Shown one piece after another: positions 38,859 through 50,800 of a DNA stretch of 64,000 bases. The translations under genes and the position numbers were made by a program. The notes under the pieces were generated by a model. It had not been told where the DNA came from and made no database searches. It saw only the letters and a program-made list of their open reading frames with translations. The stretch is from Phoronis australis (Eukaryota > Animalia > Phoronida). The DNA lies in NCBI GenBank assembly GCA_002633005.1, contig NMRA01000039.1:24871-88870 (forward strand), in the 5' to 3' direction. Position 1 is the stretch's first letter, and every line of letters begins with the position of its first letter.

Positions 38859-41800
38859 GAAGATGGCCTAAGATTCCATGGAAATTAATTTAAAACCACT
38901 TTGCTGGCGTTTAAAAAATCGAAATTTGATTGATTTATACACTACTATACTTTTTGAAGTTGCGAATATTTTGATTTTTTGAAAGAACTTTTGAATGCCC
39001 TGCCTCCACGGGCCAAAATCAGGTACCCATTTTGACATAGATAGAGACCTATGTAATTCAAGCACGCAAAAGAGCTCACCAGGCACACATGGGTTCTGTG
39101 ATAGCTGCAGCTCACGGCTCCATAAGATATATTTAATTTTCCTGACAGCAATTTTTTTAATTCTCGAATTTACACTTTAGCGAAGGCACCTAAACCCCTC
39201 TCACCGTTCCAGACTGACACCAATAGAAAACATGAAAATTTGATCCAAATTGGAAGTGAATCGTAATAAAAAGCCACACTATGTTGCATTTAACATAACC
39301 AGAATTGGTTCGATCGTTCTCTTAGCGAAATATTGCGCTATTGACATTTAGCAAAGAAACGGAATGAGGTTCACAAAATAAGTCACGCTCTGAAGCAAAA
39401 TGGCGGTAGCCAGCGGTCCGCTGCGTTAACCTGCATCAGAGATATTGTCAATTACCTGAAAAGTGTACCACATCACTTGGAAGAATCGGAGTTGATTGAC
39501 AATACGGCATGATTGGGAGTGTGGGAGACAAAGGAACTAGCCACATTATTAGAACAAAAGATCATATGTCCAAAGCACCATCCGTGTGCTGTTTACTTCT
39601 GAGTTTTTGTTCAAGCTGGCACTGCCCGTATGGCAGTATCCAGGTTGTAAGGCTTACATTTGCAGGCTTAGGAATGCAAGGGATGTCCACCACTCAATCC
39701 CAGAAATGCGTCATCTGAACAACTTTTAACTTGAAGGTGAGCTACGCACATAGACAATTTTGATTGTTCCTGGTTTTCTAAGAAATCTCTATGTGATTAG
39801 TCATACCATCTGAGCATAAACTATAGACATTGTACATAGACAGCCAACTCCGTATTTTTCAATGGACGAAATGTGAGGTCTTACGCACAAGACGTGACAT
39901 CATTATTCACTAGTGACACCTGGCCGAATCATAGTCGGCTGTTGTATGGTCGGGTGTTCGTCCACACAGGTAAAATGTTAAGGACTAAATTTCCACACCA
40001 CTGGAGTATGAATTTTCCAATACCACAACCATTAGCATTGTCGAAAATACTCACGATATCAGATGTTCTACCATTGAAAGACTTTTAACAGTGTTTCAAT
40101 GCCGAATGTTTTTTTTTCGTTGTACTAGACAGTATTTAGGACAGTGGCACCTCATCTTGGATGGCACTCCAGAAAATGTCGTTGCGAATCTGTTTTCTAT
40201 AATCTATGATCTTAAAACCGGTTTCAGATATGTATGTGGTCTAAAATAAAAGTTAAATGTGTGATGGAAGGCCTGTTGCGTTTGTGGCCACGTTTAAGTT
40301 GAATATTCTTTCCTAGTTTGTTTTTTAAGAAGGGCTTGTATTATGATGGTTATAACTAAGTTACCTACATCAAAGTGAAAATCGGTTGCTTGGAAAGCAT
40401 ATAGGATCGGGGATCGGATGGTTTTGGAAAACCCTGCTTCTGATTGCAAACCTGTGGAACTAATGGTATGTCCTGCAGCAGCTTCATTGAAACCTTTCAC
40501 TAGTTTCAGTAATCGAAAGATGGAGATATTCCTGTGTCTAAAAGTTGGCTGTAACAGCACTTTTGCCTCTCGAAATGAACTCAAGCAGCAGGTTAGCATG
40601 GGCCAACATGATAAAACAGCCGAAAACACCTGAAGATCATGGCTACGATGTTGTGCGGAGATAGTAGGCTGCCAATGTCACTGGTATTGAAATAGAAGGT
40701 GAAGTTCGTGATCTAACTGCATGCTCGTTCAAACTCAATTTGACGCTAAAAAATCCATAACTTTGACATTATATAACCTTTGCTAAGCATTTTAGTCACT
40801 GACTGTTCCTAGTTGATAAAATTGTCAACATCGAAATGCCCTGTTTGATGTTCTATATTACAACCCAACAAAAATTGAAGCTGTTGTGGAACATGCTACT
40901 CAACAGTCTATGCAGCCATGGCTTTGACATTAATTCCTACATATTTAGGCTCGGTTTTTCGCGGTGGAGTAATGTATCAATCAGACTACTCAAACTGCAA
41001 AACTCTCTCACTTATGAGCCCAGCATCTAGATTTGTAAGGTCATTTTGTGAATTCACAAAGCATGGCTACCCATCCAAAAAGCATGACTCCTGCTCTTAT
41101 ATCCACTAAGAAACACAGGTCATGGACTGCAAACACAGCTTCGGTACCTATAAATACTCCTCACACACTCTTCCCTGAGTCATGCACATGATTCTTAGAC
41201 ACATGAGTTTTTAAACTGATTTTGGTTGCAAAATCCGTGTTTGGTGTGTGTGAACAGGGAACGGCTTACAATCAAGTGTGTGAGTAGTGTTCACAAGTGT
41301 TTTGACTATTGTTGTTCAGGTAGCCTGCCAATGGACTAGATAACACATACTATCTTATTTATTTTTGCATTCGCAGGTGTAAAAACGCACCCAAACAGCA
41401 GGAGAGTTACACAGCACACGGGGTGGGCTCTAAAGTCAGCACGAAGATTTGAAAGAATGACTGAAAACGTAAAGATGTTTTGACTGATGCGTTCAACGAG
41501 CTAAAAGCTATCCAGTGATGTGTTCTCAACAAACGAGAACTACAGGACACAGGCATAGAACTTCTGTTGGAGTATCTTGAGCAGTGCCCAGGTATATATC
41601 GTAATCATCTGGGTTACTGTATTCTTGCTGTGCACCTCATGGTGTCTATTACTATGAAGTAATATTGCTAGTGAGTTTGATTTCATGATTATTTCTGTCA
41701 AATTACTTTCACGCCGGCAGTGTCCCTTTAACTGTTGTTTCCAGGTTATTCGCAATCAACTCCCATTCGTCCAAGTGATGTGGTACGTTGACCCTTTTCA

Positions 41801-42398
41801 AGTAATTGACAATATCTCTGATGCAGAATAACGCAGCGGTTCACTGGCTACCGCCATTTTGCTTCAGACCGTAACTCATTTTGTGAACCTCATTCCGTTT
41901 CTTTGCTAAATGCCAATAACGCAATATTTCGCTAAGGGAACGTTCGAACCAATTCTGGTTATGTTAAATGCAACTTAATGTGACTTTTATTACGATTCAC
42001 TTCCAATTTGGATCATATTTTTCATGTTTTCATTTGGTGGCAGTATAAAACAGTGACAGGGGTTAAGGTGCCTTCGCTAAAGTGAAAATTCGAGAATTAA
42101 AAAATCGCTGTCCAGAAAATTAAAGACATTTTATGGAAGCCGTAAGCTGCAGCTATCGCAGAACCCATGTGTGCCTGGTGAGCTACGTTGCGTTCTTGAA
42201 TTACATAGGTCTCTATCTAGGTCAAAATGGGTACCTGTTTTTGATCCGTGAAGGCAGGGCATTCAAAAGTTCTTTGAAAATATCAAAATATTCTAAACTT
42301 CAAAAAGTACCTGTATAGTGGTGTATAAATCTATCAAATTTTGATTTTTTAAACGCCAGCAAAGTGGTTTAATTTCCATGGAAACTTAGGCCATCTTC
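38859..42398 (+). mobile_element. Internally deleted Sola3-like element no. 3 with ~640-bp TIRs
   Basis: TIRs 38859-39499/41753-42398; internal relics VAWKAYRIGD, FLCLKVGCNSTF..ELKQQVSMGQH (~40385-40610) and GWALKSARRFERMTENVK (~41421-41475), colinear with relic no. 1. Confidence 0.75.
39821..40208 (+). mobile_element. P-like MITE nested in Sola3-like element no. 3
   Basis: 5' ~110 nt homologous to 60909-61012; ends ctatagac...aatctatg; flanks agcataaa/atcttaaa (6/8, possible decayed 8-bp TSD). Confidence 0.5.
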
Positions 42399-45300
42399 AA
42401 CAGTCGCGGATAATTTTTCATCGTTTAGTTGTTCGTTTTATATTTACAAAGTGAAGAAAGACAAAACTAAATTTTATATTTTTGTATCCAATTCACCCCA
42501 AGTGATATGTATACTATATCAAATTTAAAATTCGTGACTTTTCATGTTCCCAGAATATTGCAAATTGCCTGACGTTCTCATGCAGCGACTCTTAATGTGT
42601 TGAATATGACCATTGGTCCGTTGATGCCATTCAATATTTGTGACGCTGTTAACAGCTCAGGTTGTAAAACCTTTTGCAATTTATTATGTAGAAATCCAGT
42701 AAATGTTATTCCAACAGCTTAACAAAAATTTGCTGAAGAGACATGAAAAATATTACACTCTACCTTTTGAATGTTCCGTAGACACCTTTTTGTTTCGATT
42801 GCAATACAAAAATCTTCATAGTAATTTGGTAACTGTTTTTGTATGAAATTAAGATAGCTGTTTCTGACTGACAAATGCTCATTTTGTAAAGTTGAGACTG
42901 AAACTTAAGAACGCATTTTATGTATGTAAAACGAATTGACATGTCCTGTAAGAAGTAGAAATACGTGTACTCGCGAGAGGAAATATCTATTTCCATGTTA
43001 CCAAAATAGAATCACTTTTTCCTTATATTTCTGACGCAGGATGTAAACAAGTGTAGGTGTTTATTAAAGTGAATTGAAAGATTGGACTTGTGTATTTGAC
43101 ACTTTTTAACAAGTTATTAGCAAATTTCCCGAAAAAAATTATTAACCGATACAAGAATACCTAAACTGAAATTGATATTCAATGAAGTTTGGCGTCATTT
43201 AATATTTCCCTTCTTTAATAGTGGTTGTGAATTAAGCCGCAGTTTCCAATCCGTTCTTTAGTATATGGAAGTTTAGTTGAATCCGTTTGCAAGCTGTTGC
43301 GCATTAAAATTCCCTACTTTATGCATATAAAGGTCTTCGGTATTTAAAATTCTGTTTATGATAGAAAGCTTCTTAACAGGCAGAGAAGATTAGATTTGTT
43401 TTTGCGCATATGTTTCTGAGGTTAATGGACTTATTGAACACCGTTTTCCATCCTATGTCAATGTCCATGTCAAATCAATTCCAAGATTGAACTGCCAGTA
43501 ACAATGTTATTTCAAACACTCTTACTTTAATATTATCATGCTATATTCGCCGACTTAAATAAGAGAAACTGTCGATTTAGGTAATTGGTTTGTTAAAGCT
43601 CAAACATACAAAATACAAACTCTGGATGGCACAAGCAAAAAATGACACGTCACCACGATTTCAAGTACATTTTCTTATGAAAATAGATTTCATACTTTAT
43701 ATCTAAGGAAAACAATGAGAGCTAGTCAATCATGATCCAAATTCCTCCCAAACCTGATTTCAAATGGGAAGAATTGAAAACCTTCTCTAACCTGTAAGTT
43801 AGAATTATCAATCTCAGTAAACGCAATGTTTTGGTGACACGAATGCACATGTATTTCACCTCATTTGGGAGCTATCGATACAATTTAGTTACATCATTAC
43901 TATTTTGTTTTTTGTCATTTGGGTCTACCCCAAATGCGTTTACCTTAGTAGCAAATGCAGGTTGATTACAATTGTTTTGTTCTTTCAGCACCCTCGGTGG
44001 TTGCTTGGGAGTTAATTACCCAGTGTTTGTATGTTATTAGCTAATACCATACCACGTGATCTTTCCCGATTTGTGTTATCATTTTGCAAAATATTTTGAA
44101 AGAGACCAAGCTCCTTTGATTGTTTGGGATGTGTTGACGAAAGTTTCGGACATGAAAACCTAACCGTGTGCATTGTTGCGGTTTCCAGCACCCAGCCTTC
44201 AATATGCGCATGTTTGATGGACTTATGCCTCATTTTCTCGGACATTCTGTCTCTCGGAAGCGGACCTTTTTGCCCACTTCGCCAAATGGGAGGCTCCTTC
44301 GAGCCCCCCGAGCCCCCCCCCCCCCGGGTGCGCGCATGCCTTTATCCACCTAGCTACCGAGTCTACCCGTCTACTACAGAAATGCAAAGACTCAATGTTA
44401 CAGCAAGACGATACTTTTCCTAAAGTAAAAATATTATTTATTTTGTGGACATTGATGAGGATTTGATTGCAGTTAACATGCACATGTCGAACAGACCTTT
44501 GATTTTTATATACTAAGCTTAAGCGACTTACCGGTATCGTTTCTATTCTAAAAATCATAATGAGACCGATTTTATTACAGTAAGGAACCTTAAAATCAAA
44601 TAATACTTTTTGTCAGAATATGCATAGTTTATTACCCCCATTAAAATACACACTTTGCCTTATTAACAATCGTCGGCTCTACACCAACTTTGACGGGTGA
44701 TTTCTACGCTACGGCCAGTGGTGTAAAGCAAAATAAAAGACAATTCCTCCGTATGACATTCTTGTACAACGTCACAAAAATTTGACACTTGTACACAAAT
44801 CTAAATTCTGACTAACCATCCACCCCATTGACTTCCTTGGGCCCCTTGGCTTAAACTTCGTCTACCTTATAGTTATAAACCTTCACTGATTATATGTAAG
44901 CTCACCCCTTGGTCAGACCACCAATATTTTCCCGTTTCCCTAGCCAATTCCTCGCTACCATCATGAATTTCAATTTCGTTTCAAATGTCAAATCCTAACT
45001 ACATGTAACAACAAGTAAAAAACAAATGTGTCACGAAACATGTTCAATCGAATCTATCACTGAGAATACATAATCACGAGCACTGCTATCGTGGCTGCGT
45101 GCTGGAATACTTTGTATTGAAAATAGGTCACCATGTCGGTATTGATGTAGAATCTGCAGGAATGAATGAAAATCGACCCTATTTGACGAGAATAACACAC
45201 GCACAATGTATTTATCCATTGGCAACTCGCAAACGTCAGGCCGCCCTGATACGAGATCCAAAGCAACGGGTATTTTTGTGCCACCTCCAATTGGTTTGAT

Positions 45301-45493
45301 GCTGCCAAACTCTTAGACCTACTGCACAGCAGGAATCCTACTGAGGTCTTGCTAGACTGCGTGCTAGATTTACACGTGCAGGGCTAAGAGCCTTATGTGA
45401 GGTTACTTAACAATATTGTGATTTTATTCCATTTTTTTCTTCAAAGTTTGGGAAACCTGCCTGTGGTCTATTGTGTCGTACGACGCTTCTACT

Positions 45494-47800
45494 CATAGGC
45501 GGATTTAGGGGGGGCCAGGGAGCCCGCCCCCAATCCCCCCTTGGCTGCTGCAAGAAACAGTAAGAACGTAGGGAAATTTTGAGTTTATTAATTAATCCCG
45601 GTAATTTACATTATACGGCTGAAACAAGATTTTAATGTGTGCAGTTTTATTGTGTTTGGGGGGGCTTAGATCCTCTTTCAAGTGTCAAACACGGAACATG
45701 GCGGAATCGTAACGGAACTAGTGCTAAGTATAGGCTCTCCCGCGATATCCCAGACGACCGGCAGTGGCGCTGCGCACTACGACTCCGTTTCCGTTGTCTA
45801 CTTCAGTGTGCAATGAAGAAAATTTTACTTCATTTTTTAAAGAAAATGGAATCTGAGTGACGATGAAAAAACAGAAGCTGCTTGTAAGATGTGAATTTTA
45901 CTGAATCGAAGCCTTAGTGAATCACTCAGAAACTCATAATTCTCTTTTTGTCAAACCTTAACTTAAAGGAGCTTGCCGCTCAAAAAACAACCTTATTTTG
46001 TATCAATTTAGATCGAGTAGTTCTACTCCATAAGGGTACGTACGGTTGCGTTACTTGACTTCTGACGGCAGACGGAGGTATTGAAATTCTCCAATGACGT
46101 AATTGGTTTCACACGCTGTCTGTTCAGCAGTTCACAACACGGGTTACTGGTGTCAGCTTATTGCTTGAATTAATCGTTTGAAACCAATAAATCGTCAAAC
46201 TTCGATGTAAAATCCTTAAAAATACACCGAGTTCTTATAAAAACGTGTTGTTTTATTTCGCTGTTACGGATTTATTGGTGTTTGGACACACCGTAGCCTT
46301 CAAAGATCGGAAGGCTAATAAGGTCCGTAGCAGGAGTTTGGGGTCTGTTCGGAGATAAATTCTAAGTATTTTCCTTGAGATACAGACAGAAGAACCTAGA
46401 TCTGTGTTGTTTAGACTTGTTATTTTTTTAGTTATAAACACACAAAACGATTGTTGCCCCGGCCAGTGGCTCGGAAGCCGATCCGTCAGACAACACGGAC
46501 ATAAACCATCCAAAGTCAAGAAATACTAGTCAGCTAAAGAAGTAAAGTGCACGTGATTATGTTTGTGAATTAGCCACGATACTGCAAATCTACTTACTCG
46601 TCGGGGGTCGCGAAATCAGGTCCCACTTCGGGCCACAGAACCGTCACGGGTACATTGACAATCATTATTTGAATAATGTAAAGTAACGTAAATAAAGATT
46701 CCCCTAACACCTGGTCGTGGGATAGAAATCGAGTTGTTTCACAACAGTTTCTGTCGGCAAACACTGAATTAGCATGAGCTCGGCACGGTCTCGGTGTCCC
46801 GGCAATTAGTTTTATTGCACCTAAAGCCGGTAAGGCAGTGATTTATTCATTGCTGGCTTCTCAAATCATTTGCACACACCAACACTCCAAAGGGATTCCA
46901 AATTGTATCTAATGAGACAGACTTTGTTTCAGTTTCATATAAGTTTTGGTATAAGGGTGAGAATAATTCATTTTGAAACAGAACGCTCAGTAATAAACGT
47001 CAACACGGCAACTCGCAATCCCGCCCTTAAACGAGCTCATCCCAACGAAGACTTTGCAGGTGGATCGGCAGTGATGAAGTAATACTAGAGAGGCGCCGTG
47101 AACAAGCTCAGACAACGGAACGTATGGATTGTTATTTGGTAAGCCGGCATTCGTCAGGCACTATTCCGCGACACGGAGATGTTTCATGGCCTCATACTTG
47201 CTATTTACAGCGTAATTTTATTTCTTTACTACCGCGAGCCACTTCCTAAGCATTTCGGACTCTCGAGGAAGTCGAAAAAACGATACACCTGCTTTCCTCG
47301 CAGCTGCATATTTCGGACAAGCGGGAACGATGCACCGCAACATAGCGGCATTAACTCTGCAAATGAACCACTGACGTCGCTGCATCGTTTCTCACCTTCC
47401 TCACAGGTGAACGCAACACCTCTCGGCAAGGTAAGGTCGACCGCATGCAAGGCGATGTGGATATAGACCGATTAAGACGTCAAAAAAGACTAATTAAATC
47501 GGGTGGCCTTCTCCTTTAAAACGATTACCAAAGCAATGTGTCATTAATGCCAACACAAAAAACGGATTTGGTCTTTCGGGCAATTGAAGAATATTCTAAA
47601 TACAAAAAACTTGTTACGAACTGATTGCACAAAATATAAAAATTGTAATAACCATTACAAAAAGAAGTAGGTTTCCCGCGCAAACGCTGTGGACCATACA
47701 CAAGTACGGTGGGACTCTTAGAATCAAAGTACGAGTGATATCGTAGTGGTGCAGTGGTAAAGCGAGCGCCTTTTCCGCCAGGTCGTGAGTTCGAATCTGT
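45494..47800 (+). repeat. Dispersed composite repeat, copy 2, split by a Kolobok-like insertion; tRNA-derived A/B boxes at ~47745-47800
   Basis: Homology to 23733-24480 on both sides of 45967-47515; tggtgcagtggtaaa...gagttcgaatc. Confidence 0.7.
45967..47515 (-). mobile_element. Kolobok-like non-autonomous element with TTAA TSD and THAP relic
   Basis: TTAA at 45963-45966 and 47516-47519; AGGAG...CTCCT ends; empty site visible at ~24195-24220; from 47343 MLRCIVPACPKYAAARKAGVSFFRLPRESEMLRKWLAVVKK* (THAP C-x4-C, F.LP, W). Confidence 0.85.
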
Positions 47801-50800
47801 GGTAAATTGCACTTTTTCAAGTTTGACACGTTCTCCGTGTTTTTTTTTTGTTTTGTTTTGTTTTTTCTTCGCCTTTTTTTCTTGGATAATTCTTCAGAAA
47901 TCAAGTAAAATGCTTGTTTTTTAGAGCAAAAACAGAAAAATTTTCCTGGCCTCCCCCCATTCGGTTTATGCGCATCTGTATCGTGCTTTGCGCAAATGTT
48001 TACAGACAAAATGTTGGGCCCCCCTTGTGATATCCTAGATCCGCCACTGCTACTACCGTCAGGTTGCACGTCTAGGTTAAGTCGGGGAAGGGCAATATTT
48101 TGTGAGTTAGCCGTATTTATAAACTGAACGCTAGCGACTTAGAAACCCCTGGATGATTGAAAAAATACAAGAGTTACGTTACTTTGCATATTATGATTAT
48201 TATTATTATTATTATTCGTGTTCACAACGAATCATGGAATCAAAAGAGGCCACCACCACCACCACCTCAGAGGTCGCAGACTTTGGGACAATTCTTCGCC
48301 ATGTAAGTCACGTCGTTCATTTCTTCAGTCTCCTTCAGGATTCCGATAGTGACAGTTTGTGTTGTTTTCCTTTAAACTGCGAAATGAAAAAAACAATTTG
48401 TTTAACATTGAAGTCATTCCACTCATAAAATGCATACATAATATATTAAATCTTAGGTATATGAGTTAAACCAGGAATCCTTTAAAGTGATTTTCAGTCC
48501 AAAAGTGCTGAATTAAAGGTAAGAGTTGTTAACTAAAATCAGAAAGTCGCCATGAAACAATCTTCAAACAACAATTTAACACTAAGGTAGTTTTAATAAT
48601 GGAAAGGTAAGTGAGAATCAAAACAGAGATACACTGCAACATTAACGTAAATGAGTTGTGAATAGAAATAATATTACAAGGATAATCTGTCAACCGGGAG
48701 GACGTTTGGTGACTCTCAATTACAAGTCCCCATTGTAAAGGCTGGGTTGAATGTGTGACTTCCATCGACTTTGTGGAGGCGACAGACCACCAGCCCAGCA
48801 GTAAGTGCGATGATCGTAGTGTCCGCTTACAATTACATGTACATGTACATCTACAGTTATGGTTATTCGAAATGGCAGGGTTGACCAGAGCCGCAACAGT
48901 CGAGCATTTGTAAAATATTGCATAAAACGGATCCTCAAGAAATCCGTTGCCAGATAAATCGTGGCATTGTAGAAACTGTTAAAACAACGATAATATTTGT
49001 TGTTGGCTAAAATATCAGCACGAACTTTAAAATAAGCGCGTATGTAAACAAAGGCATTGTATCAATCGCCGTTTCGGTTTATTGTAACAGAACCATTCTC
49101 AAAACCGGCAAAACACTGTACAATCCAAAAACTATTTGATTAAATAGCAACTATCAAACCTAATGACAGAGGCTGTCATTAAATACGAAGACAAATTGCA
49201 CGGAAGGCTGCTCAAACTATAAAAGCGAAGATAGGTTAAGAAAAAGAGAAGAAATAGGAATACACAAGTTAGAGGTAATGGCTCGTGAGATCTACGTAAT
49301 AACTACATTTACCGCATTTTAAAGTTTGTTACTAGTTGTTAAATTATCTATCATATAAAATGTATTGTTCAACCAAACTCCGTCTCCCCTGGTTTACTAC
49401 AGAACTTTTTGTGACCATTTCGGCACCGTCTTGGTCCCAGGTAGTTCCGGCTCTCTATGTAGATTCAAGGTGTTCCATTTTTTCTCGCGGTTCGTTTTTT
49501 CGTGGACGCGGAGGGAGGGTGGTAAGTCTCGTACTGGCCTTGGTGACGCCAGTCTGGCGGCTTAACGGCCTGGGTGATGTCAGTTCGTCGGCTTAACTTC
49601 GCTCTCTTCAGCTTCGGTCGCATATATGCTTCTTCGGACCTGTCGCCGACAAAATTAACACTTTCTTCAGTAAACTGAATTATTTACCGACGTTGGAAAG
49701 ATTGGTGTTCTGCCGTTATTTTGCTGCTAAAATTGTAGTGCGCTCTTTTACGTCACCTATTGTACATTTTCCCTATTCTTCAATCAACTCATCTCTTCCG
49801 CGAGGTTTCGTACATGTCTCAACAGTTGGAACTGGTTCCATTTGGTTGCAAGTTTTTAGTATTTTAAAACCAGCAAACCCAATTTCAAAACAAATTTTGC
49901 TGCTCTGAAGCTGCCATCATCTCCCGAGTGATCAGTCGAAAACTTTTTAGACTACGAGCGGCCTGCGCGTGTCACGAACACACTTTTTCTCAAACGACGA
50001 CAGACTTCTCTGTTACAGAAGGCGGAGAATTACGCAAAGGCGGCGTTTTTTAGATTTTTTCACTTAAACGATCGTAACGGACAAGATGAGTGTCGTTTGA
50101 TTCGCAGATTCTGCACGCACTCCCGCCGGTGGTTAGCACTATACGCTGATAGTCACGACAAGCTATCCGGGCTGTGTGGAATATCGGTGTGTAACGGAGC
50201 TCAACACACAGCTATCTATAGTCTTAATTTAATAGACCTAATTCATGCCGACAGGAGGCGCGTTCCAAAACGAGGCTCGTTACGATAGCTCTGCTGGCCG
50301 GCGTACTGACTGTATATATTCCGCGTTGCTCGAACGGCTACAAAAAATACGGACACTGAACGTTGCCATACGCCGCGGCGAAGGAAAATATGTTCGTGTA
50401 AAATTTATAAATGTTTTCGAAAAATTAGATCATAATATTTTATCGCATTTCGGTTGCCGAGAATCATAGCAACGACCGGAGAATATTCAGCCAGCCAAAC
50501 TATTTTCATGACTACGGGTTGAAATATGGTGCATTTTTCTTTCCAAAAAGACTGGGACCTCAATTCCTCGATCGATTTTGGGGATGAATATCGGCCCTGT
50601 TCTCTTTTCAAAAATATTGAAAAATCCACCGAAATTCCCTCCACGAGGCCTAAAAAATCTCCTAGTGATTAAAAAGTTCTCTCCGAAGTTCAAATCACCT
50701 GTAACCACACATTGGACAATTTGAAAGAGCACAAAATGCTACTCGAGACACAGCCAATGAGAACTTGCAACAGGGCGGGGGTGATAGTGATGGTGATCGG

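Larger units (their letters stand above)
34314..44339. repeat. ~10-kb interrupted inverted duplication (palindrome)
   Basis: Mirror pairs: 34314-35345/43492-44339, 38635-38857/42986-43202, 38859-39499/41753-42398. Confidence 0.88.

Noticed and set aside
33480-47515. One 14-kb element with 0.8-kb TIRs and TTAA at both ends
   Set aside because: The right copy is a self-contained element with its own TSD inside another repeat, and the two copies look more diverged than the palindrome arms; best read as independent insertions.
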